NCBI GenBank assembly: GCA_963784195.1
Contig: CAWARA010000013.1
Location: 104,687-168,686, forward strand
Direction of reading: 5' to 3'
From: an uncultured Acidobacteriota bacterium
Lineage (GTDB): Bacteria; Acidobacteriota; Vicinamibacteria; Vicinamibacterales; 2-12-FULL-66-21
DNA: 64,000 bases
Shown: positions 10,597-17,802 of the stretch, one piece after another
Numbering within the stretch: position 1 is the stretch's first letter
Layout of the letters: the number at the start of each line of letters is the position of its first letter
Made by a program: the position numbers and the translations under genes
Notes under the pieces: generated by a model
Told to the model about the DNA's origin: nothing
The model's input: the letters and a program-made list of their open reading frames with translations, nothing else
Databases searched by the model: none

Positions 10597-10708
10597 CCGT
10601 GGTCCGTCGCTCGTCGCTCGTCGCTCGGAGTGCCCCCCGTCGCCGCCGGGCTCTTCGAGCCACGAGCGACGAACCACGGACCACGGCCCACGGACCACGG
10701 ACCACGGA
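10597..10708. repeat. Palindromic intergenic repeat, family 1 (CCGTGGTCCGTCGCTCG arms), copy 1
   Basis: Left arm ccgtggtccgtcgctcgtcgctcgtcgctcgga pairs with right arm tcgagccacgagcgacgaaccacggaccacgg, followed by extra CCACGGA repeats. It lies between divergent genes. Confidence 0.8.
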
Positions 10709-10722
10709 CTCAGTCGTTCGTC

Positions 10723-12144
10723 ATGACAGATACCGATATAGAAGCGGCTTCAGATCACAACGCCGGCGTCTTTGCCACGCTTCGTGAAGCCGTCCGCGGA
10801 TCGCGGATCGATTACACGACGGCGCCCATCGGCCGGGCTGTGATCATGCTGGCGGTGCCGATGGTGATGGAGATGGCGATGGAATCGATCTTCGCCATCG
10901 TGGACGTGTTCTGGGTCGCGCATCTCGGCGCGAATGCCGTCGCCACGGTCGGGTTGACGGAGTCGATGCTCACCATCATCTACACGGCGGCGATGGGCCT
11001 GTCGATCGGTGCGACGGCGCTCGTCGCACGGCGCACCGGCGAGCACGATCCGGCCGGCGCAGCCCGCGTCGCCGGCCAGGCGATCGTCCTCGGCGTCGTC
11101 GTCTCGATGCTGATCGCCCTGATTGCCGCGCCGCGCGCAGAGGCGCTCCTCGGCCTGATGGGCGCCACACCGGACGTCATTCAGACCGGCAGTGGCTTCA
11201 CGCGCGTGATGATGGGCGGCAATGCGACTGTCGTGCTCCTGTTCCTCATCAACGCCGTCTTTCGGGGATCCGGCGACGCGGCGATCGCCATGCGCGTCCT
11301 GTGGCTCGGTAACTTCCTGAATCTCGTGCTCGGCCCATGCTTCATCTTCGGGCTCGGGCCGTTTCCCGAGCTCGGGGTGACCGGCGCGGCGGTGGCGACG
11401 AACACCGGCCGCGGCACGGCGGTTCTCTATCAGTTGTACGTCCTCGCGCGCGGCAACGGGCGCATCCGGGTCACCGCCCGCGATCTCCGGCTCGATTTCT
11501 CGATCATGCGCAGCGTGCTGCGGCTGTCCGGTTCCGGGACGTTCCAGATCCTGATCGGCACCACCAGCTACGTCGGCCTCGTCCGCATCCTGTCGGCGTT
11601 CGGCAGTTCCGCACTCGCCGGCTACACAATCGGCATTCGCGTGATCGTCTTCGCGCTGCTGCCGGCCTTCGGCATCAGCAACGCGTCGGCAACGATGGTC
11701 GGGCAGAACCTGGGGGCGGGACGGCCGGATCGCGCCGAACAGTCGGCCTGGACCGCTGCCCGCTACAACATGCTGTTTCTCGGAGCCGTCGGCGTGGTGT
11801 TTCTGCTCGCCGCGCCGCAGATCGCCGGGCTCTTTTCACAGGATACCGTCGTGCTGTCGTATGCGATCAGCTGCCTGCGAATTGTCAGCCTCGGCTTCGT
11901 GTTCTACGCATGCGGGATGGTGCTGACTCAGGCGTTCAACGGCGCGGGGGACACCTGGACGCCGACCGTCATCAACCTGTTCGTCTTCTGGCTCTGGGAG
12001 ATCCCGCTGGCCTGGTTCCTGTCGTCGCGGGGCGGGATGGGTGCTCGAGGGGTTTTCGTGGCCCTGGCCGTGGCCTACTCGACGCTCGCCCTCGTCAGTA
12101 TCGTGATCTTCAGGCGCGGGCACTGGAAGACCAAACGAGTTTGA
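10723..12144 (+). CDS. MATE-family efflux transporter
   Basis: ATG 10723 (MTDTDIEAASDH...). The track ORF start at 10576 lies inside the repeat. 12-TM-like protein with MATE pattern (AVPMVMEMAMESIFAIVDVFWVAHLG, two homologous halves). Confidence 0.85.
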   Translation: MTDTDIEAASDHNAGVFATLREAVRGSRIDYTTAPIGRAVIMLAVPMVMEMAMESIFAIVDVFWVAHLGANAVATVGLTESMLTIIYTAAMGLSIGATALVARRTGEHDPAGAARVAGQAIVLGVVVSMLIALIAAPRAEALLGLMGATPDVIQTGSGFTRVMMGGNATVVLLFLINAVFRGSGDAAIAMRVLWLGNFLNLVLGPCFIFGLGPFPELGVTGAAVATNTGRGTAVLYQLYVLARGNGRIRVTARDLRLDFSIMRSVLRLSGSGTFQILIGTTSYVGLVRILSAFGSSALAGYTIGIRVIVFALLPAFGISNASATMVGQNLGAGRPDRAEQSAWTAARYNMLFLGAVGVVFLLAAPQIAGLFSQDTVVLSYAISCLRIVSLGFVFYACGMVLTQAFNGAGDTWTPTVINLFVFWLWEIPLAWFLSSRGGMGARGVFVALAVAYSTLALVSIVIFRRGHWKTKRV

Positions 12145-12227
12145 TCAGCCGGCCGGGACGAAACAGTGAAATAATCTGACGCCCCGCAAGCCCGGCGAGG
12201 CGCATGGCGGAGGCTGAGGAGGTTGTT

Positions 12228-12896
12228 ATGAGGCGGATATCGTCACCATTTTCATTGATCATGGGTGTTCTCACCATACTGTCGCTGACGGCAACGGTGG
12301 CCGTGGCCCAGAGTACCAAGTCCGTTCGGGGGATTCTCAAGACGATCGGGCCGGCGTCGGTGACCGTGTCCGTCGACGGGAAAGACATGGTGTTCAACGT
12401 CGACGCGAAGACCGACATCACCACGCCTGGCGGCTCGTCGAAAACGCGTGCGGCGCAGGCGCAGGGCAAGGAAGGCGTGAAGATTGCCGACCTCCTGACG
12501 GTCGGCCAGGGCGTCGTCGTCGATTACCACGAGCAGGGAATGCACGCGGCGACCATCCGCACGCTGTCGTCGCCCCCCGCACCCGCGCCGCCGGCTGGCG
12601 CCGCCCCGCCGTCACAGCCGCCGCCTCAGACTGCGAGTGGCGTCGTGACTGCGGTGACCGGCAACTCGATCACGATCAAAGCGTCGTCGGGCGAGATGAC
12701 CTTTGCGGTCGACGACAAGACCGAAGTCGTCGCGGTCGGTGGAACCACGAAGACGAGCGAGATGCGCGCCGCAGGTAAAAAACCGGTGCTGTCGGACTTT
12801 GTCGGCAAAGGCGACACCCTCCTCGTCACCTACCGCGACAACGCGGGTGCGAAGACCGCATACGAGGTCCGCGTGCGGACGAAGGCGCGCAACTAA
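12228..12896 (+). CDS. Secreted protein with two internal ~90-aa repeats, function unknown
   Basis: GGAGG RBS before ATG 12228 and signal peptide MRRISSPFSLIMGVLTILSLTATVAVAQ. Two similar modules (..VTVSVDGKDMVFNVDAKTDIT.. / ..ITIKASSGEMTFAVDDKTEVV..) are joined by a Pro/Ala linker. Confidence 0.75.
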   Translation: MRRISSPFSLIMGVLTILSLTATVAVAQSTKSVRGILKTIGPASVTVSVDGKDMVFNVDAKTDITTPGGSSKTRAAQAQGKEGVKIADLLTVGQGVVVDYHEQGMHAATIRTLSSPPAPAPPAGAAPPSQPPPQTASGVVTAVTGNSITIKASSGEMTFAVDDKTEVVAVGGTTKTSEMRAAGKKPVLSDFVGKGDTLLVTYRDNAGAKTAYEVRVRTKARN

Positions 12897-12909
12897 CTAC
12901 TGATTGACG

Positions 12910-12999
12910 CCGTGGTTCGTCGTGCGTCGCTCGTGGCTCGGAATGCCTCTAGAACGGTATGGGTCTTACGAGCTACGAGCGACGGACCACGAACCACGG
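12910..12999. repeat. Palindromic intergenic repeat, family 1, copy 2
   Basis: ccgtggttcgtcgtgcgtcgctcgtggctcgga ... acgagctacgagcgacggaccacgaaccacgg. Same arm sequence family as 10597-10708. Confidence 0.8.
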
Positions 13000-13032
13000 A
13001 TCTTCGTTCAAGCCGTTTGATACGATCCCGCG

Positions 13033-15780
13033 GTGCCCAGTTGTCCCGCCTGTGCGAGCCAGGTCGCGGCAAATTCGCGGTACTGTTCCGCCTGCGGCGC
13101 TGCGGTCACGTCGCAGCCCGCTGACCCCACCGTCACGAGTACCCAGGACAGCGTCACTGAACCAGTATCCGCGCCACCTTTGGCGGCGGCGGGGGTTGAT
13201 GTCACGAGAACCTCGCCGTCACCCGCGCCAGCCACGCGTGCGACGACGCCCGCGGATGGCACCTCAGGGCACTTCGTGCCCGGTACCGTACTCGCGAGCC
13301 GTTATCGCATCGTGGCGCTGCTCGGGCGCGGCGGGATGGGCGAGGTATATCGCGCGGACGATCTGACGCTCGGGCAGACCGTCGCGCTCAAGTTCCTGCC
13401 CAGCGACCTCGCGGCCGATGCGGATCGCCTGACGCGGTTCCGCAACGAAGTACGCACCGCGCGCGAGGTGTCGCATCCCAACGTCTGCAGGGTCTACGAC
13501 ATCGGCGAAGCCGACGGGCTGCAGTTCCTCTCGATGGAGTACGTAACCGGGGAGGATCTCGCGTCACTCCTGCGGCGAATCGGCCGGTTGCCTCGCGACA
13601 AGGGGATCGAGATCGCGCGGCAAATCTGCGCCGGCTTGCACGCCGCGCACGAACGCGGCGTGGCCCATCGCGACCTGAAGCCCGAGAACGTGATGATCGA
13701 CGAGCGCGGCGACGTTCGCCTCGCCGATTTCGGGCTGGCCGGTGCCGCGGATCGACCCGGCAAGGGGATCGCCGGCACGCCTGCTTACATGGCGCCGGAG
13801 CTCTTCGATGGCCGCGCGGGCGGTATTCGCGCAGACATCTATGCGCTCGGTCTCGTGATCTACGAGATCTTCACCGGCCAGCGCATGTTCACGAGCCAGT
13901 CGTTCGCCGAGCTGGCGCGGGACCATCGCGAGCGTCCGCCATCGAGCGCGAGCCAGATCGTGCCGGACATCGACAGCTCGATCGACACGGTGATTCAGCG
14001 ATGCCTGTCGAAGGACCCGGACGCGCGCCCCTCGTCTGCGCTTGCGGTCGCGGCCGCCTTGCCGGGCGGCGATCCGCTCGCGGCGGCGCTGGCGCGCGGA
14101 GAGACGCCCTCGCCGGCGCTGGTCGCGTCCGCAGGCGGGGAGGGGATGGTCGCTCCGTCGGTGCTCATCGCGTCGCTGCTCTTCGTGATTGCGGGGATCG
14201 TGGTGTTCGCATGGGCCAGCGCCTTCACGCACCTGCTGAGCGTGGCGCCGCTGCCGCGGTCGCCCGACGTCCTGCGCGACCGCGCCAACGCAGTCGTGCG
14301 TGATCTGGGTTATGACACGCCGCCAATCGATTCAGCGTCAGGATTCATGCTGTCCAATTTCGTGATGCACATGATTGAGCAGGCGAAGGCAGGATGGCCC
14401 TGGACCGACGCGGCCGCCGGGCGGCCATCGGCGGTGCTCTTCTGGTACCGGCAGAGCCCGGCTCCGCTCAGCGCGACGCGATTCTGGAGCGGCGGCCGCA
14501 TCGACGCAGGCGATCCGCTGCCGCCGGTATCCGGGATGATCGCGCTGCAGCTCGATGCGCACGGCCGCCTGCAGACGTTCGTCGCGGTCCCCGATCGCGA
14601 ACAGCCGCCGACGAAGCCTGACGAGATCCCGTGGCGTCGGTTGTTTACAGCGGCGGGACTGGACGAGAAGCAGTTCACCAGCGTCGAGCCGGATGTGACG
14701 CCGCCGGTCTTTGCCGACCGACGCGCGGCATGGGAGGGCGTGTACCCGGACAATCCATCGGTACGCATACGGCTCGATTCGGCTTCGGCTTTCGGGCGTC
14801 CTGTCTATTTCTCCCTGCGAGAGCCGTGGACAGCTTCAGGCCTGATGCCGACCGACATGCCGAACTTGCCGAGCGCGGTGTGGCTGATGCTGATGTTCCT
14901 CCTGCTCGGCATTACGGGCGCGCTGCTCGCCATCCGCAATCTGCGGCTCGGGAGAGTCGATCTCGCCGGCGCGACGCGTCTGGCGACCGTCCTCTTCCTG
15001 TTGCACGTGATGGCGAGCGCGCTGACGGCCGATTACCCGCATGGCGGATCTGAATTGATCACGCTCGTCACGTTGCTGATCGCCGAGGCGTTGTTCCTCT
15101 CGGCCCTGGTCTGGGTCGGTTACGCAGCACTCGAGCCGCACGTGCGACGCCGTTGGCCCGAGGCGCTGATTTCATGGGCCCGGTTGATCTCGGGCCGATG
15201 GCGCGATCCGCGCGTCGGCCGTGACGTCCTGATTGGCGTGACCACGGCCGTCGGCATCCTCCTGTGCATCGAGGCTGCCGATCAAATCAACATCCGGCTG
15301 GGGCTGATGTCATCGCTGTCGGTGACCACGCCGGAAATGCTCGATGGCTGGCGCTTTCTGATCGGCGGGCTGCTGGACAGGCCGATCGACGCCGTGTTGA
15401 TCTCGTTCGCGCTGCTTCTCCTGCTGCTCGTGACGACACTCTTCGTCCGCAGCCGCAAGCTGGCGATGGCCATCGTCGTCGTTGCGTTTCTCGGGCCGCA
15501 GCTGATCGGCGGACTGCTCCCCGTCGCAACCATCGTCGTCGCCGTCGCGGTGATCACGACTGCGGTGGTGATGTTGTCGCGGGTGGGCGTGCTGCCACTG
15601 ATCGTGAGCCTGATCAGCGGTCCTGCACTTGACGACCAACCGCTTCCGCTCGGGCTTTCGGTCTGGTTTGCACCCTTCGGATGGTTTGCCGCCGCATGCG
15701 TCGTTGCCCTGGCATGCTACGGCTTCTACGTCGCCCTCGCCGGCCGGCCCCTGTCTGCAGGTTCGCTGCTCGACGACTAG
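13033..15780 (+). CDS. Ser/Thr protein kinase with N-terminal zinc-ribbon and C-terminal multi-TM region
   Basis: 915-aa ORF with a GTG start. CPACASQVAANSRYCSACG is a zinc ribbon. Kinase motifs are GRGGMGEVY, HRDLKPENVM, DFGLAG and GTPAYMAPE. The C-terminal half has several hydrophobic helices. Confidence 0.9.
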   Translation: MPSCPACASQVAANSRYCSACGAAVTSQPADPTVTSTQDSVTEPVSAPPLAAAGVDVTRTSPSPAPATRATTPADGTSGHFVPGTVLASRYRIVALLGRGGMGEVYRADDLTLGQTVALKFLPSDLAADADRLTRFRNEVRTAREVSHPNVCRVYDIGEADGLQFLSMEYVTGEDLASLLRRIGRLPRDKGIEIARQICAGLHAAHERGVAHRDLKPENVMIDERGDVRLADFGLAGAADRPGKGIAGTPAYMAPELFDGRAGGIRADIYALGLVIYEIFTGQRMFTSQSFAELARDHRERPPSSASQIVPDIDSSIDTVIQRCLSKDPDARPSSALAVAAALPGGDPLAAALARGETPSPALVASAGGEGMVAPSVLIASLLFVIAGIVVFAWASAFTHLLSVAPLPRSPDVLRDRANAVVRDLGYDTPPIDSASGFMLSNFVMHMIEQAKAGWPWTDAAAGRPSAVLFWYRQSPAPLSATRFWSGGRIDAGDPLPPVSGMIALQLDAHGRLQTFVAVPDREQPPTKPDEIPWRRLFTAAGLDEKQFTSVEPDVTPPVFADRRAAWEGVYPDNPSVRIRLDSASAFGRPVYFSLREPWTASGLMPTDMPNLPSAVWLMLMFLLLGITGALLAIRNLRLGRVDLAGATRLATVLFLLHVMASALTADYPHGGSELITLVTLLIAEALFLSALVWVGYAALEPHVRRRWPEALISWARLISGRWRDPRVGRDVLIGVTTAVGILLCIEAADQINIRLGLMSSLSVTTPEMLDGWRFLIGGLLDRPIDAVLISFALLLLLLVTTLFVRSRKLAMAIVVVAFLGPQLIGGLLPVATIVVAVAVITTAVVMLSRVGVLPLIVSLISGPALDDQPLPLGLSVWFAPFGWFAAACVVALACYGFYVALAGRPLSAGSLLDD

Positions 15781-15846
15781 GGGCAGACTTACCTCCCGCG
15801 AACTATAATCGCGTGCTCCCGTATGTAACGCTCTGAGGACTCGACC

Positions 15847-17274
15847 ATGAAAATCGTCGTTCGCCTGATCGGTGTTTGCGCAATCTCGGCCGCCCTGTGC
15901 GCGTCGCAGGCGGGACACGCCGAGGAGCCTGGCTGGCCCCAGTTCCGCGGTCCCGGCGGTGCTGGCGTGGCCGATCAGGCGGCGTTGCCCGAGCGCTGGT
16001 CGGCGACCGAGAACGTCGCGTGGGTCGTCGAGCTGCCGGGTCGCGGCTGGTCGTCCCCGATCGTGGCCGGCGATCGCGTGTTCGTCACCTCCGCGGTGAG
16101 CCCGGGCACCTTCAAGGCGCCCTCCACTGGAATCTACGGGAACGACTACGCCGCCGAGCTCGCCAAGCAGGGCCTTTCGGAGGAGGAAGTGGTCAAGCGC
16201 GTGGTCGCCCGCGACATCGAGCTGACCAGCGAGACCGGCGAGTTGAGCTACATGGTGTTCGCGCTCGATCGGCGGACCGGCAAGATTCTCTGGAAACAGG
16301 AAGCGCACAAGGGCACGCCGTTCGGCGGACGCCACCGCAAGAACACGTATGCGTCCGAAACGCCGGCAACGGACGGCGAGCGGGTTTACGCCTCGTTCGG
16401 CGGCAACGTCGGAATCTTCGCGTACTCGCTCGACGGCACCTTGATCTGGAAGCACACCTGGCCGCCGCAGCCGATCTACCTGGATTTCGGAACGGCCTCC
16501 TCTCCTATCGTGCATCGCGGACGCGTCTACGTCCTGCACGACAACGATGGGCAGTCGTTCTTCGCCGCGCTGGACGCGACGACCGGCAAGGAGATCTGGA
16601 CGGTCAAGCGGACCGACCTTGCCAGCCGCCTGGCATCGGGCTGGGCGACGCCCTTCGTGTGGGAAAACGGCACGCGCACCGAGATCGTGACGATCGGACG
16701 CGGGTTCGCGATCAGCTACGACACCGACGGCCGCGAGCTGTGGAGGCTGAAGGGCATGACGCAGGCGACACCACTCCCGGTCGCTGCCGATGGTCTGCTC
16801 TATGTCGGATCCGGCTCGCAGGGCGAAGCCAATCGTCCGTTGTTCGCGGTTCGTCCCGGAGCGAGCGGCGATATCTCCCTCGCCAAGGAGCAGACGAGCA
16901 ATGAGTTCGTATCGTGGTTCCAGCCACGGCTGTCGGGATACACGCCGTCACCGCTCGTCTACCGCGGGCGCGTCTACGTCGTGAACGACAACGGCATCAT
17001 GCAGGTCGCCGACGCCAAGACCGGCGTCGAGGTCTTCAAGGCGCGCGTCGGCGGTGGCGGCAGCACGTTTTCGAGCTCGCCCGTTGCCAGCCAGGGGCGC
17101 ATCTATTGCCTGAGCGAGGACGGCGACATGTTCGTGCTGAAGGCTGGCGAGCAGTACGAGGAGATCGCCAAGAACAGTCTCGGCGAAATGAGTTTCGCCA
17201 CCCCTGCCGCGGATGCCGACGGCCTGCTGATTCGCACCCAGACCAAGCTCTATCGAATCGGGGTCAGGTCTTGA
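15847..17274 (+). CDS. Secreted PQQ-like / BamB-like beta-propeller repeat protein
   Basis: 475-aa ORF with signal peptide MKIVVRLIGVCAISAALCASQAGHA. It has repeated W..-.G..SSP.V.G.RV(Y/F)V blades typical of PQQ-like beta-propellers. Confidence 0.8.
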   Translation: MKIVVRLIGVCAISAALCASQAGHAEEPGWPQFRGPGGAGVADQAALPERWSATENVAWVVELPGRGWSSPIVAGDRVFVTSAVSPGTFKAPSTGIYGNDYAAELAKQGLSEEEVVKRVVARDIELTSETGELSYMVFALDRRTGKILWKQEAHKGTPFGGRHRKNTYASETPATDGERVYASFGGNVGIFAYSLDGTLIWKHTWPPQPIYLDFGTASSPIVHRGRVYVLHDNDGQSFFAALDATTGKEIWTVKRTDLASRLASGWATPFVWENGTRTEIVTIGRGFAISYDTDGRELWRLKGMTQATPLPVAADGLLYVGSGSQGEANRPLFAVRPGASGDISLAKEQTSNEFVSWFQPRLSGYTPSPLVYRGRVYVVNDNGIMQVADAKTGVEVFKARVGGGGSTFSSSPVASQGRIYCLSEDGDMFVLKAGEQYEEIAKNSLGEMSFATPAADADGLLIRTQTKLYRIGVRS

Positions 17275-17349
17275 ATCCGCACATTTTTCACGCGCCTGGG
17301 GTCAGGTCCGTCCGATCGTGAATTTCGCTGGAATTCAAGACCTGACCCC
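17260..17349 (+). promoter_or_regulatory. Alternative stem-loop element overlapping the stop of the propeller gene
   Basis: ggggtcaggtcttgaat (17260-17276) is the perfect reverse complement of attcaagacctgacccc (17333-17349). A third half-copy, ggggtcaggtc (17298-17308), can pair with the same right arm. No U-tract follows. Confidence 0.45.
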
Positions 17350-17352
17350 TCC

Positions 17353-17381
17353 TTGACCTTCTCCCGTATGTAATCTACAGT
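17353..17381 (+). promoter_or_regulatory. Sigma-70-type promoter candidate for the PadR/permease pair
   Basis: TTGACC (17353-17358), 17-nt spacer, TACAGT (17376-17381). The ATG at 17393 is only ~11 nt downstream, so the mRNA would be nearly leaderless. Confidence 0.4.
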
Positions 17382-17392
17382 AGGCTGGCAAC

Positions 17393-17743
17393 ATGAAGCG
17401 CGAACGCAGTGCGGCGTCAGACGATGCCCGGGACGTCGTGAAGGGCACGCTGGACATGCTGATCCTGAAGGCCCTCGACATCTCGCCAACCCATGGCTGG
17501 GGCGTGGCGGATCGCATCGAGACGCTGTCTCGCGGCGTTTTCCGGCTGCAGACAGGGACGCTGTATCCCGCGCTGCATCGGCTGCTGCGCAACGGATGGG
17601 TCGCGGCCGAGTGGCGCACCAGCGACAACGCGCGCCGCGCGCGCTACTACAAGCTCACGGCTGCCGGGCGCAAGCAACTGGACGAGGAACGCTCCTCATG
17701 GCTGCGCGCGGCCGTCGCGGTGAACCGAATTCTCGATGTATAG
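17393..17743 (+). CDS. PadR-family transcriptional regulator
   Basis: 116-aa ORF. KGTLDMLILKAL...HGWGVADRIE......GTLYPALHRLLRNGWV...W..S.N.RRARYYKLT..G is the PadR winged-helix pattern. It sits directly upstream of an ADOP permease, as in the acidobacterial PadR/ADOP pairing. Confidence 0.9.
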   Translation: MKRERSAASDDARDVVKGTLDMLILKALDISPTHGWGVADRIETLSRGVFRLQTGTLYPALHRLLRNGWVAAEWRTSDNARRARYYKLTAAGRKQLDEERSSWLRAAVAVNRILDV

Positions 17744-17795
17744 CACGTGGGCCCGTGAGCACGTCAGCACGTCAGCACGTCGCACGTCGCACGTG
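17744..17795. repeat. Heptamer microsatellite (GCACGTC / CGCACGT units), family 2, copy 1
   Basis: cacgtgggcccgtgagcacgtcagcacgtcagcacgtcgcacgtcgcacgtg lies between the PadR stop and the permease RBS. It is the reverse complement of the motif at 58537-58611. Confidence 0.75.
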
Positions 17796-17802
17796 AGGAA
17801 CC

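Noticed and set aside
10529-10722. N-terminal extensions of the amidohydrolase (to 10705) and MATE (from 10576) ORFs
   Set aside because: Both extensions are translations of the palindromic repeat (..SLVARRARRRRGALRATSDERRTT.. / ..SVARRSSLGVPPV..). Better starts with sensible N-termini exist at 10528 and 10723.
15310-16539. 409-aa minus-strand ORF, with similar long antisense ORFs at 20949-22253, 23288-24256, 24344-25456, 35012-36205, 54988-56124 and 56115-57428
   Set aside because: All overlap well-supported genes on the other strand or frame, and all have the Arg/Pro/Gly-rich composition of spurious high-G+C ORFs.
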